Origin: the human T2T-CHM13v2.0 reference genome, Homo sapiens
Strand: one strand, 5' to 3'
DNA length: 64,000 nt
NCBI RefSeq assembly: GCF_009914755.1
Contig: NC_060929.1
Part shown: piece after piece, positions 53,092-64,000 of the stretch
How positions within the stretch are numbered: position 1 is the first letter of the stretch
Layout of the letters: each line of letters starts with the position of its first letter
Notes under the pieces: generated by a model
Databases searched by the model: none
Seen by the model: the letters and a program-made list of their open reading frames with translations, nothing else
What the model was told of the DNA's origin: nothing
Made by a program: the position numbers and the translations under genes

Positions 53092-53441
53092 GTCACACAT
53101 TCTGTCATTCTGACGTTTCAAAACATGCAATGTCATTATGGTTCAGGTATGTAAGTGATGTGCTCTTTTATACCTTTTGCCCAAGGGAGAACTCATAATG
53201 AAGACGAGAGCCAGCTAGAGCTCATGCCTTTTGAATCACTGACATTCTCTTTTCCAGGTAAACTATACCTGTCAGCAGAGGGGAGATTTTCTAGTTCCTG
53301 GCACCTGACAAAATTACACATAATGTCATACAGGATAGAGGCAAAAACACACCACTTAGGGTATAAGAAAAGATAATTAGGATCTTGTTTAATTTTGTTC
53401 CTTTGCTACAGCTCCCTAAAATCTCTCTTGACAGATGTAAT
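52660..53441. repeat. long palindrome: arms 52660-53046 and 53057-53441, 10-bp spacer
   Basis: about 17 differences over the outer ~336 bp (~95%); 14/13-nt unpaired bubble; mirror 73-aa ORFs in the ORF track. Confidence 0.97.
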
Positions 53442-53585
53442 TGACACTGCTCATCAAGGCCCATCTTTTGACATTTAATCATGCACTGTCCTGTAACAGT
53501 TCATACATATTTTATGGTTGTGTATCTTGTCTCTATAATTAAGTCATAAGCCTTATGAGGAAAAGGACTCTGCCTTCTACCTCTT

Positions 53586-53965
<380 letters not shown>

Positions 53966-55696
53966 TAATGTATTAGCAGTTTTCAGCATAATATAGGTAT
54001 TCCATACATTTTTATTTGATGAAGCTCACTTGAATTGTCTCCTCCTCTGTAAGGATGCATGGGAGCAGCAGCACTGTGGGAGTGTTCTAACCAGAGGATG
54101 CTAATAACTGGCCATGCCTAGGAAACCATTTGAATTCCCTCTCCATTTCTTCCTCCTTCTCTGCCCTCCACCTTTCAGTGTAGCTACACACTATGCTATG
54201 TTTCTTTATTTATCTTACCGTGTAAGCCAGGGACATAATCTGGGTCAGGAGGAGATGTCTTCAAGTTATCAAGTGTGAGTTGTACTAATAAGATGTCACC
54301 ATATTCAGCTAAAGATGCATGTTTTATGAGAAACACACATGCATACTCTCCTTTCAGTTCCCATTTAGCTTTTACCTTGAGTTCTCCTCCCTGAATGGGG
54401 TTTGACATTTGGGAAACGAGGTTGGAAAAATTAGGCTTCAGAAGAACAATGGACACAGAGAAATGATCTGCCCAGTTTCCAGGGAAAAAGAGTTGGGATG
54501 TCTGCAAACAATTCCAAATGTATTTTGGGAGGAATGATATTAAAGAGGTGTTACCCTCCTCTCGTCTGGCCCTCTAGCCTTTGCAGCACCAACTCACCCA
54601 GTGCTCTTGGGCTTAACTGCTGCCCACAGGGAAGTCCTACAAAGTCATAGCCTCTTTGGCAAGGAATTCACTTCAGAATTTACTCTATCAAATATTTCAG
54701 AAAATGACTACCTCTGCTCAGGCTAGCAGGACCTACTAGAGGTCTGTTACTAGGCTCCACTTAACTTTGAAACCAGTGAGAACAAAATATTACAGGGTAT
54801 TATGGGCTTTATTTTTACCCCCACCAGAGTGTGGTCTAGAATGTCCGGAAAACATCCAGTGGAGGAGCAGAGCCCTAGCAGGTGATGAGCCTGGATCTAT
54901 AGTCTCCATTCCCCTTGCATGTGATGGACATGCTTCCAGAGCCATGCAACTAGCTTCTACTCTAGGTCTTAGCTAATGGGACTTGATCATGTCCTTAGAA
55001 CTCCAGTCTGTAGGATTAGAGCCCCCAACTCCTTTGCCTTTCCCAGTAGGGCTCTCCTTGAATGGAGCTTGATTTCTGGTCTCCACCTGACTTGACCACC
55101 TTTGTCATTAAGATGTCTATGTCCCCATACAATGCCTGATACATGATTCTACCACTTGTTTATCAATATTTAGCTCAGTCTCAGTTTTCTTGTACTATCT
55201 GAGACTTTATAACTTGGACTAGTGTCTTCTCTCTCCAGTTATTTCATCCTTAGCCTCAATCTTACACTTGCTTCTGCTTTCTCCCACCTCTTTGACAGGA
55301 TGTCACAGCACTCTTTGTGCCCAAGCCTGCTTCATATATGATTGTTGTACAAGAAATGTTTTGCATTCAACTCATATTCCTACCCAGATCTAGGAAAGTA
55401 AGTCAATGGTCTTTAGAGTGAAGTGGTTTGTTGATGTGCTGAAGGACACTTGAAAATGCAGGAGAACCAAGGGTAAGCCATGTATCCTCAGAGTCCTACT
55501 GGATTTTAAAAAATTTATAAAATGTAAATATACTCAGTTTTGACCTTATGAGCAAATCTAAATCAGCTTCCTGAGAAAAGTTTTGTCTTGACTTATGCCT
55601 CATTATTTGACTCATGTAGCTTATTTCCTTGTAGGCATAGGATGGCTTCCACTTGGGCAAGAAGTCAAGTCGTATTCTTCATTTGTTGTTAAAATA

Positions 55697-57682
55697 ATTT
55701 TGCTTTCTTTTTTAGAGTAATTTCAGGTTTACAGAAAAATCGAACAGAAATTTTCCCCACACTCTCTCCCTCCCACCTATTTTGACATCTTGCGTTAGTG
55801 TGGCATATTTGTTACAGTTGATGAATCATTATTGATACATTATTTTAAACAAAGGCCATTGTTTACATTAGGGTTCACTGTGTTGTACAGTGCCATGGAT
55901 TTTAATAAGTGCATAATGTTGCATATCCATCATTACAGTATCATACATAATAGTTTTACTACCCTAAAAATCCCCTGTGCTTCACTTATCCATTCTTCCA
56001 GTCCTTCTGCCAAGCCCCTGGCAACCACTAACCTTTTTTACTCTCTCTGAAATTTTTTCTTTTCCATATCATATAGTTAGATTTGTACAGTATGAACCCT
56101 TTCAGACTGGCATCTTTAACTTAGAAATATGCATTTAAGATTCCTCCACGTCTTTTCATGGAGTCATAATTCATTTCTTTTTATTGCTGAATAATATTCC
56201 ACTGTATTGCTATAACACAATTTGTTTATGCATTCACCTTTTGAAGGAAATCTTAGTTGCTTCCAAGTTTTGGCAGTTACAAATAAAGCTGCTATAAACA
56301 TCCAGTGCAAGTTTTTGTGTTGTCATACATTCTTAACTCAACTGGCTAAACACCAGGGAACACGATTGCTAGACTGTATGGTGAAACTACATATAACTTT
56401 GTAGAAACTGCCAGACATTCTTCCAAAGTGGCTGTGCCATTTTGCATTCTGTTCAATAATGAATGAGAGTTACTGTTGTTCCACATCCTCATCAGCATTT
56501 AGTGTTGTCTGTGATCTAGATTTTGGCCATACTAATAGGTGTGTAGTGATAACTCATTGTGATTTTAATTTGCACTTCTCTAATGACATATGATGTTGGG
56601 CATCTTTTCATATGCTTATTTGCCATCTGTATGTCTTCTTTGGTGAGATGTCTGTTCAGATCTTTTGCCCATTTTTAAAACTGGATTGTTTGTTTTTCTT
56701 ACTGTTGAGTTTTAATAGTTTTTATATTCTGAATTAAGTCCTTTATTAGATATGTGTTTTGCGAGTATCTTTTCCCAGCCTGCTACCTGTCTTTTAAATT
56801 TTTTAACACTGTCTTTCACAGAGTAAAAAAAATAAATAAATAAAGTTCAACTCGTCATTTTTTTTTCATAGATGATATTTTTGGTGTTGTATCTGGAAAA
56901 CTCATTGTCAAACCACAGGTCATCTAGATTTTCTCATATTTAATCTTCTACAAGTTTTATAGTTTTGTGTTTTACATTTAGGTCTATGATCCATTTTGAA
57001 TTTTCATGAAAGGTGTAAGTTTTGTGTTTAGATTCATTTTTTTTTTTTTTTGGCAATAGGATGTTCAATTGTTCTAGCACCACCTGTTGAAAAGACAGTC
57101 CTTTGTCCATTGAATTGTCTTTGCTACTTTGTCAAAGATCAGTTGACTATATTTGTTTGGGTCTATTCCTAGGCCGTCTATTTTGTTCATGACCCATTTG
57201 TCTATTCTTTTACCCTACCACACTGTCTTGATTACTGTAGCTTTACAGTAAGTCTTGTAGTCAGTCCTATGAGTCAGTCCTATGACCTTGTTCTTCTCTT
57301 TCAATATTGTGTTAGCCTCTCTGGGTCTTTTGCCTTTCACAAAAGCTTTAGAATCAGTTTGTTGATATCTACAAAATGACTTTATAGCATTTTTATTGGG
57401 ATTGTGTTTATAGATCAAGTTGGGAAGATCTGACATCTTAAACAATATTGAGTCTTCTTATTATCCATGAACATGCAATGTGTCTATAATTATATAGACT
57501 TTTTTTAATTTCTTCATCAAAGTTTTATAGTTTTATAGTTTATATAGTTTCTCATGTATATCTTGTACATAATTTTTTAAAAGATTTATGCCTAACCACT
57601 TTTTTGGTGCTAATGTAAATGATGTTTTTAATAACAAATTACTATTATTGATTGATGGTATATAGGAGAGTAATTAACTTAG
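55697..57682 (-). mobile_element. L1MC1/2-type 3'UTR and ORF2 3' part
   Basis: AGGTTTACAGAAAAAT...ACATTAGGGTTCAC...CCCTAAAAATCCCCTGTGC; ORF2 remnant YKTYCKATVIKTVW. Confidence 0.88.
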
Positions 57683-57789
57683 ATTTTTCACTTTTTATAA
57701 TATGCTAGCTTTATTACTTATACATCTGATTTCCAAGGCAATGTTGCTCTCCTATAATCAAAGCATGAAAATTTGTTATTCAAGGACTC

Positions 57790-58700
57790 AATGAGGACTA
57801 AACCTTAATTTGATTACTTATGAGCGTCTTAAAAATTCTAGCTTAGGCAACTTGGGAAGGAGTAAAATCATCTCTAGATTCTCTGCTCTGAGAATGAAAA
57901 CTTTCTATATTCTAAACTCAAAAAAGGAAAAGATTTGCTGGGTTTTTTTGGCTTTAATCTATTCTAATCAATCCCTGATAACTTGCTTTTATAACCATGC
58001 TTCTGAAAACTACCCAGTTGGTGACAGTGCCACATTTCTGAAGGTCAGCCAATCAGCAATAGTGAGTGACTTTTAGAGACACTTGTGCGTCTAAAGAGAT
58101 ACTTCTACTTTTAGAGACACTTCCATGGATAAAGATCAACCAACTCCAAATCACTCCCTCTTCTGAAAGTCCATCAATTCCTGAACCCCAGTTTCCCCAA
58201 AACCCTGTAAAAAAATCAGCAATTTGTATTGATTGGTGATGACATGCTGTCTTTGTCCACTCAGGTTGCTATAACAAACGACAGTAAACTGGGTGGCTTT
58301 TAAACAATAGATATTTATTTCTCATAGTTCTACAGGCTGCAAGTCTAAGATCAAGGTACCTGGAGACGTGGTATCTGGTGAGGGCTGCTCTCTGGTTCAT
58401 AGGTGGCGCATTCTCACCATGTCCTCACATGGTAAAAGGAGCAAACAAGCTTCTGTGGGCCTCTTTTATGAGGGCCCTAATCTCATTTGTGAGAACTCCA
58501 CTCTCATGACCTAGTCACCCCCAAAGGTCCCACTTACTAGCATCACACTGGAGATTATGTTTCAATAAATGGATTTGGTGGAAATGGGGGGATAAACATT
58601 CAGCCCATAGCACATGCCTACTCATAAAGAGTTCTGTTGCTTACCAATCATCCATAGAGCAATTTGTTCCAAACATCAAGAGGTGGACTTTTCCTTTCAG
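57790..58700 (+). mobile_element. possible old ERV1-type LTR split by MLT1A0
   Basis: TGAGGACTAAAC start, CCAATCAGC box, TTCA end; family not identified. Confidence 0.3.
58248..58612 (-). mobile_element. MLT1A0 MaLR LTR
   Basis: TGTCTT...GCTATAACAAA...AACATTCAGCCCATAGCA; 365 bp; TSD CATGC on both sides. Confidence 0.9.
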
Positions 58701-58787
58701 AGGTTTTATTCCTGTTATCAGTTAGGCCCCCAAATATAGCATTGGTGAAATGCAACATTTTAGAGCCAAGTAGAAACTCCCAACAGA

Positions 58788-59014
58788 TGAGAACTCACGA
58801 ACACAAAAAAGGGAGCTGCAGACACTGGCGTCTTCTTGAAAGCGGAGGATGGGAGGCAGGAAAGGAGCAGAAAAAATAACTTTGGAGGACTAGGCTTAGT
58901 ACCGGGGTGACGAAATAATTTTCACAACAAACCCCTGTGACACGAGTTGACCTATATAACAAACCTGCACATGTACCCCTGAACCTAAAATAAAACTAAA
59001 AAAAAAAAAAAAAA
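58788..59014 (+). mobile_element. L1PA (about PA13-15) 3' end
   Basis: ACAAACCTGCACATGTACCCCTGAACCTAAAATAAA + A-tail; TSD AGAAACTC..ACAGA at 58772-58787 and 59015-59030. Confidence 0.9.
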
Positions 59015-59722
59015 AGAAACTCTTCACAGAACTATGATTTTATTATTCTCTTGGAATTTTTTGTGACTGTTCTTACAGATATGTATAGAACCTAATCACA
59101 TAAATTTGGTTTATGTATGGTAAAACAGCTACTTAATTCATTGTTCAATAACTAGTTAATGTTATTTGTCTAATGTAACTTTTATAAATTCCCCTTAGAG
59201 TTTGGTGCTAAGTAAAACTGTCCCTCCTGAGCAAATAAGTTTTTTTCCTATAGATGTCATGAATCTGAGTGCCACACTTTATATTCTGTTTTAATACTTA
59301 TTTCTAACCTTAAGATTATGTTCTTAACCACAAATGGTACAGGGCTTTCATTTATTTTTCAGTTTTTTTGTCATTATAATCCTTGTCATAAAGGTTTTAT
59401 TGCATATGACTTTTGCTTAACCTGCCTTAAAAATCCATTTTGGGGGAATAAGTATGGAAAAAATTTGTAATACACTTTTCCTGAGAAACATTATAATAAT
59501 GCTGTAATATTTGCACAGTTATCACTGTAAGAACTTTCACCTTTAAGAATTATACTTCTTCACTTTGTTTCTCTAATCTCTAGAATCTGGCAGCTATATG
59601 TTTTGGCATTTATATTTTAATGAGGTCAGTCAGCTGAAGTTATATTTTCACAAATAATTTGAAACATTGATATTCCTTGGGGCAAAACAGTATGTAATAG
59701 TTATTAATTTTCAGCATAAATG

Positions 59723-59736
59723 AAAGGTCAAGGTCA
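59723..59736 (+). promoter_or_regulatory. nuclear-receptor composite site (NBRE + DR0 + ERR/SF1)
   Basis: AAAGGTCAAGGTCA in apparently non-repeat DNA; motif match only. Confidence 0.3.
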
Positions 59737-60616
59737 CCACAATAGTTAATTGGCCAACTACACAATCGTTTTTGGAAATAATTTAACTTTAATAGCAATA
59801 TTGTGCTACAATGAAAGGCAACATCTTAATATTGTTGCTGACAATGAGAATCAAATTATTTATAAATATTTACTTCCCTTCTCTATTCAGCAAAGTAACG
59901 TATTAGTAAGTCAAAGCATTCTATCCAGAAGATTAGTTTTTACAATGTATATAACAATGAATCCATCACAAATATCAGACAGATTTTGAGTGTGATATAA
60001 AATAAACTTTCCTCCCTTCCATTGCAAGCTGTCCCACTATTCACACATCCAGCAACTTGCATCAGGGAAGTGGAAACTAATTTATGTGGACAGTTGTTAC
60101 TGTTATTATGGATGATTTTTTTGCTTTCCTATAACCAGTGCTGGTCCTATTAAGAGATAAAATAAGTCATGGTACCCATGGTGTGGCTTAAGGAGGTGAT
60201 AAGAAGGGCAAATTCAATTTATATTTCTCCCCCTCTTCCTTAGATGCAATTGCTTGAAATTCCGTCCTTATAGTGGTTGTGGAGAGGGGTACAGTAGAAG
60301 GGAGATGTGGGCAAATTCCTCCAAATTCAAATGAAGTGGAATAAAAGATGGGACAAAGCCTACATCATTAAGATCAATTATTCTTTTACCCAGGGAGATT
60401 AGTAGATACTCCTGGGAGAGATAACACAATACATTCTTATTTCCTGAGGATGATTAAATTACTAGGTCTTCTCTGAGGAATGGGATAAGTAACCTTAGGT
60501 GCTTGGGAGTGGGGAGGACACTCTGGGGGGATTGAGAAACTGAATTTAGGAACAGCATGCAGAAACACAGCAGTGTTAAGAAGCAGGAACTAATTGAAAG
60601 AATACAGGATGTAATC

Positions 60617-61181
60617 ATTTTTTTTCAGATCACCTGTCATATTTTTTTTTAACTTTTAAGTTCTGGGGTAAATTTGCAGGTTCGTTATATAGGTAAACGT
60701 GTATCATGAGGGATTGTTGTACAGATTATTTCATCACCCAGGTATCAACCTAGTACCCATTAGTTATTTTTCCTGATCCTTTCCCTCCTCCCACGTTCCA
60801 CCCTCCAATGGGCCCCAGTGTGTTTTGTTCCCCTCTATGTGTCCATGTGTTCTCATCATTTAGCTCCTACTTATAAGTGAGGCCATGCAGTATTTGGTTT
60901 TCTGTTTCTGCATTAGTTTGCTAAGGATAATGGCTTCCAGCTTCATCCATGTTCCTGCAAAGGACATGATCTCATTCTTTTTTATGGATGCATAGTGTTC
61001 CATGCTGTATATGTACCACATTTTCCTTATCCAGTTTATCTTTGATGGGCATTTAGGTTGATTCCATGTCCTTGCTATTGTGAATTGTGCTGGAATGAAC
61101 ATATGCATGCATGTGTCTTCATAAGAGAATGATTTATATTCCCTTGTTTATAATCCCAGTAATGGGATTTCTGGGTTGACC
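60617..61181 (-). mobile_element. L1PA (about PA13-15) 3' end with probable 16-bp 3' transduction
   Basis: ORF2 C-terminus MFI...WNQPKCPS...(60860-61108); TSD CAGG(A/C)TGTAATC at 60605-60616 and 61182-61193. Confidence 0.9.
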
Positions 61182-62039
61182 CAGGCTGTAATCTTGAAAC
61201 TGTATTCTATCCCTGACTTGGTTCCTGGTTCGTAGTGACTTTAGGTTATTTCTAGTTTCAGCAACCTGTAATCATGGGAAGGAAGGAGAAAGGGAGTCCC
61301 ATTTTTTGGCCTACTTCCTGATTCTATTCCTGAATGACCTTGTCTTTTAGGAATATATGGTTAAGCTATTTTAAAATGCCAACATGGCTACAGATAACAT
61401 ACTGGAGGAGAAGCCATCTTTTTTTTAAGGAAAGAGAGGAAAATTTTTATAAAGTAAAGTAGTTCTGATTTTCACTGAAAGTGCTACCTGTTCCTGAAAC
61501 CACTGGACTGGAAGCTAGGGGCCATCTATTTTTGTCTTGTCTTCTCTGCTGATTATCCTAGTGGCTGAAGATATCACTGACATTCTTCTCATTGCATATT
61601 CAGAGGTTTTCCTAGGCTAAGGCCAAGAGAGGCCAATGTCCCTGGGCCTGCTTCTAAGACTCTTTCCATGAGCATCAGGAGAACTACCACTGGGGTTGAA
61701 GGAATTGGCTCTATAATAGGGCAACTAAAAATAATTTCATGTTTTTATTTTATTTTAGTATTTTTATGTCCAGACAATTTATTAGACTTTCTTTATCTAA
61801 ACCAAAGCAAAGCAGGTAAAATTGTCCTTTTATCTCTCCAAGGCTGTTTTTGGCTCTTTATTTTCCTATTTAAAATAACCTCTCACGTCTATTGTAACCA
61901 CCTATATTACACAGGACCTACTTACCGTGATATCCCTACTTATACTCTCCATATTTAAATTTACATTTATTAGGGCTTTGTAATTACTAATCTCCAAATT
62001 ATCACATCATTAGCAGCAGCAGTACCACTAGCAGCATAA

Positions 62040-62370
62040 CAACTGTCATTTATTTAGTAATAACCGTGTGTCAGACCCAAGGCTAAAGACTTTCATTTTA
62101 TATCATTTAACAGTGACATGTCCTATGATAGGTAATATTATCCTCATTTCACAGATGGGAAAACTGAAGCTGAAAGTCTCAGTATTTTGCACTAGGTCAC
62201 ACAGATAACAAGTGACAAGAGTGCAACCTCATGACACTATGCTTTGCAAATAAGGGCACTGAGGTGAAGAGAGACCAGAATCAATGTTCTGGACACAGTA
62301 AGTGACAAATTTGAAATCAGGTCTGTCTGACTAGTTAAAGAACATGTTCTTTCTGTTATATATTTTCCAT
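62040..62370 (-). mobile_element. MIR
   Basis: TATTATCCTCATTTCACAGATGGGAAAACTGAAGCT...AGGTCACACAG...TTTGAAATCAGGTCTGTCTGACT. Confidence 0.8.
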
Positions 62371-63084
62371 GCAATTTTTTTTCCTCACACCTTCTGAGGT
62401 TTAGGAAAAGGAAATAAAATTTGTGAATTAATGTGTTTTGAATTATTATGGAAGATTCCCATTATAGGAATAGGCATAATTCTATCTCCAAGTCCCCATT
62501 TTTAGAAGAGACATCTCAGATATGTGCTGCTGGCTTGGCAGTGGTCTCAGGCATGTGTGGCCTGGTGATTTCTTTGCAGAACTGTCCACTTAAAAATCTC
62601 TGTTGCAAACATGGGCATATGAGATAATGCAAAGGTACTCTTACTTCGGACAGAAGCAGCTAATCACAGCTTGTTCCAGAAATCAATGTTATTGACAGAT
62701 TGAGAAATTGTGAAATGAGTTTTACTGGAAAGTGTTGCAAGATCTTTATTTGACCAACTCCTAAACTCACATTTGGCTGAGTCCTGGTGGCTCAGGGAAG
62801 GAAGACAAAGAGAAAAGGGCAGACAACAGAAAGCGGCTTTTCTTTCACTGCTTTCAGCTGGAAACGTGTTAGTGCCCACGCCTGCGGTCTTGCAGGTTTG
62901 CACTCTCTTCTTTCAATGACTTTCCTGTCAAAGCTGCTTTGTTTTCAACTTAACATAATGGAACGCCAACCTAATACTTTGCCAAGCTCTCATTGATCCT
63001 TAGTGTGGAATAAATGTGAATACTGCCTCATTAATCCTCTCTCTGGTCCTTGGGGAGAAGTGGCAAGCAATATCCCATCCATTT

Positions 63085-64000
63085 TGCAGTGGAAGAAAGA
63101 AAGGCAAAGTAAATTGCTCACTTTACATCTGTTCCCCAGCCTTCTGGACATTTCCATCTGGATATCTTGCGGGCTTGTCAAACCCAACTTACTCCAAATT
63201 GAATGCATTCTATTCCTTCTTACAAAATATATTCCTTTCTGAGAATTGTGTCTTGGCTAATGGCACTGCCATCCACACAACTATCCTGGTAGAAGCCTCT
63301 GAGTCATCTTTGATTTCTCTCACTTTCCATATTCATTCAGTCAGGAAGTTTGTTTCCTTTTCCTCTGAAAGAGTACTCAAATCCATCCTTTGTCTCCACC
63401 TCTCCACACCATCTCTCTCGGTTCATTGTCTCATCAGCCCTCATCCAGATTAGTGGAAAAAGATTCTTACTTATATCTCCAATTCTGGTTCTGTAATTTG
63501 TCCTGTATATTGTCTTCAAATTAATCTTCCTATAAAACTGAGGTGCATTATTTCCTTCCCTGCTCAAAAAGCATTGATGTCCCCACAAGGCCAAAAAACT
63601 AGAGTCCTGATTCTTCTCAAAACAATGAGATCTTTTACAACTGGGCAGAATGCCCCTCTAAGAACTCTCTCCTGACTAGCCGCAAGGGCCAACTTGTTAT
63701 TTCCCAAGTGTTTGTCCAGTGTTCATGCAGGGCTTGCCTTTATTACAGCTTATTTGTTACACAAATTTCTAGTCATTCTTTAAGACCCAGTTCTTATGCC
63801 ACACCTTATTTGTTATCTTTCGGCTCATTTGTCTGCCTACTTTCTTAATTAATCATTCTTTTCGGCTTTTATAACAATTTGTTATCATTATCACAACCTG
63901 TTTTGTAGTTAGGTATCAATATTTCCCCCAAATAATTAATAAGTTCCTTAAGGAAAAATTCTGTATTTATCTATGAATTGTTAGCATGGTGCTGGGTACT
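63085..64000 (+). mobile_element. L2 fragments
   Basis: CTGGACATTTCCATCTGGATATC...AATGGCACTGCCATCCAC...CCCTGCTCAAAA...AAGTTCCTTAAGG. Confidence 0.75.

Noticed and set aside
52725-53376. Twin 73-aa ORFs on opposite strands, as a duplicated small gene pair
   Set aside because: They are the two arms of the palindrome; 7 of ~10 differences change the amino acid, the start is GTG, and there is no recognisable domain
60860-61108. ORF resembling a real protein
   Set aside because: It is the L1 ORF2p C-terminus in a 5'-truncated copy, not a host gene; the same applies to 44688-44915 and 57215-57445

Overview
AT-rich primate (catarrhine, human-like: AluS/AluY and L1PA present) genomic DNA that looks intergenic or deep intronic. 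I can support no protein-coding gene, RNA gene, CpG island or CRISPR-like array. The ORFs I could trace come from Alu, L1 or microsatellite sequence, and the rest look like short chance ORFs. A large share of the window is recognisable interspersed repeat: 6 Alus, MaLR/ERVL LTRs (MLT1A0/B/C/H, MLT2A1/C1/D, LTR40, MER77), old and young L1s, HAL1, L2, MIR, and hAT/Tc1 MITEs. Subfamily names come from my memory of consensus sequences, not a database search. The structure that repeats do not explain is a set of locally templated rearrangements. (1) A ~780-bp near-perfect palindrome (52660-53441), formed by an inverted copy of an MLT2A1 LTR 3' end plus its flank inserted into the LTR's own (TA)n tract. 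(2) A micro-inversion at the (TA)n tract of a second MLT2 LTR (7703-7735). (3) An older split inverted duplication (16869-18198). (4) A 70-bp mosaic matching two nearby segments (12241-12311). There are also several palindromic or clustered transcription-factor motif arrays and a probable short L1 3' transduction.
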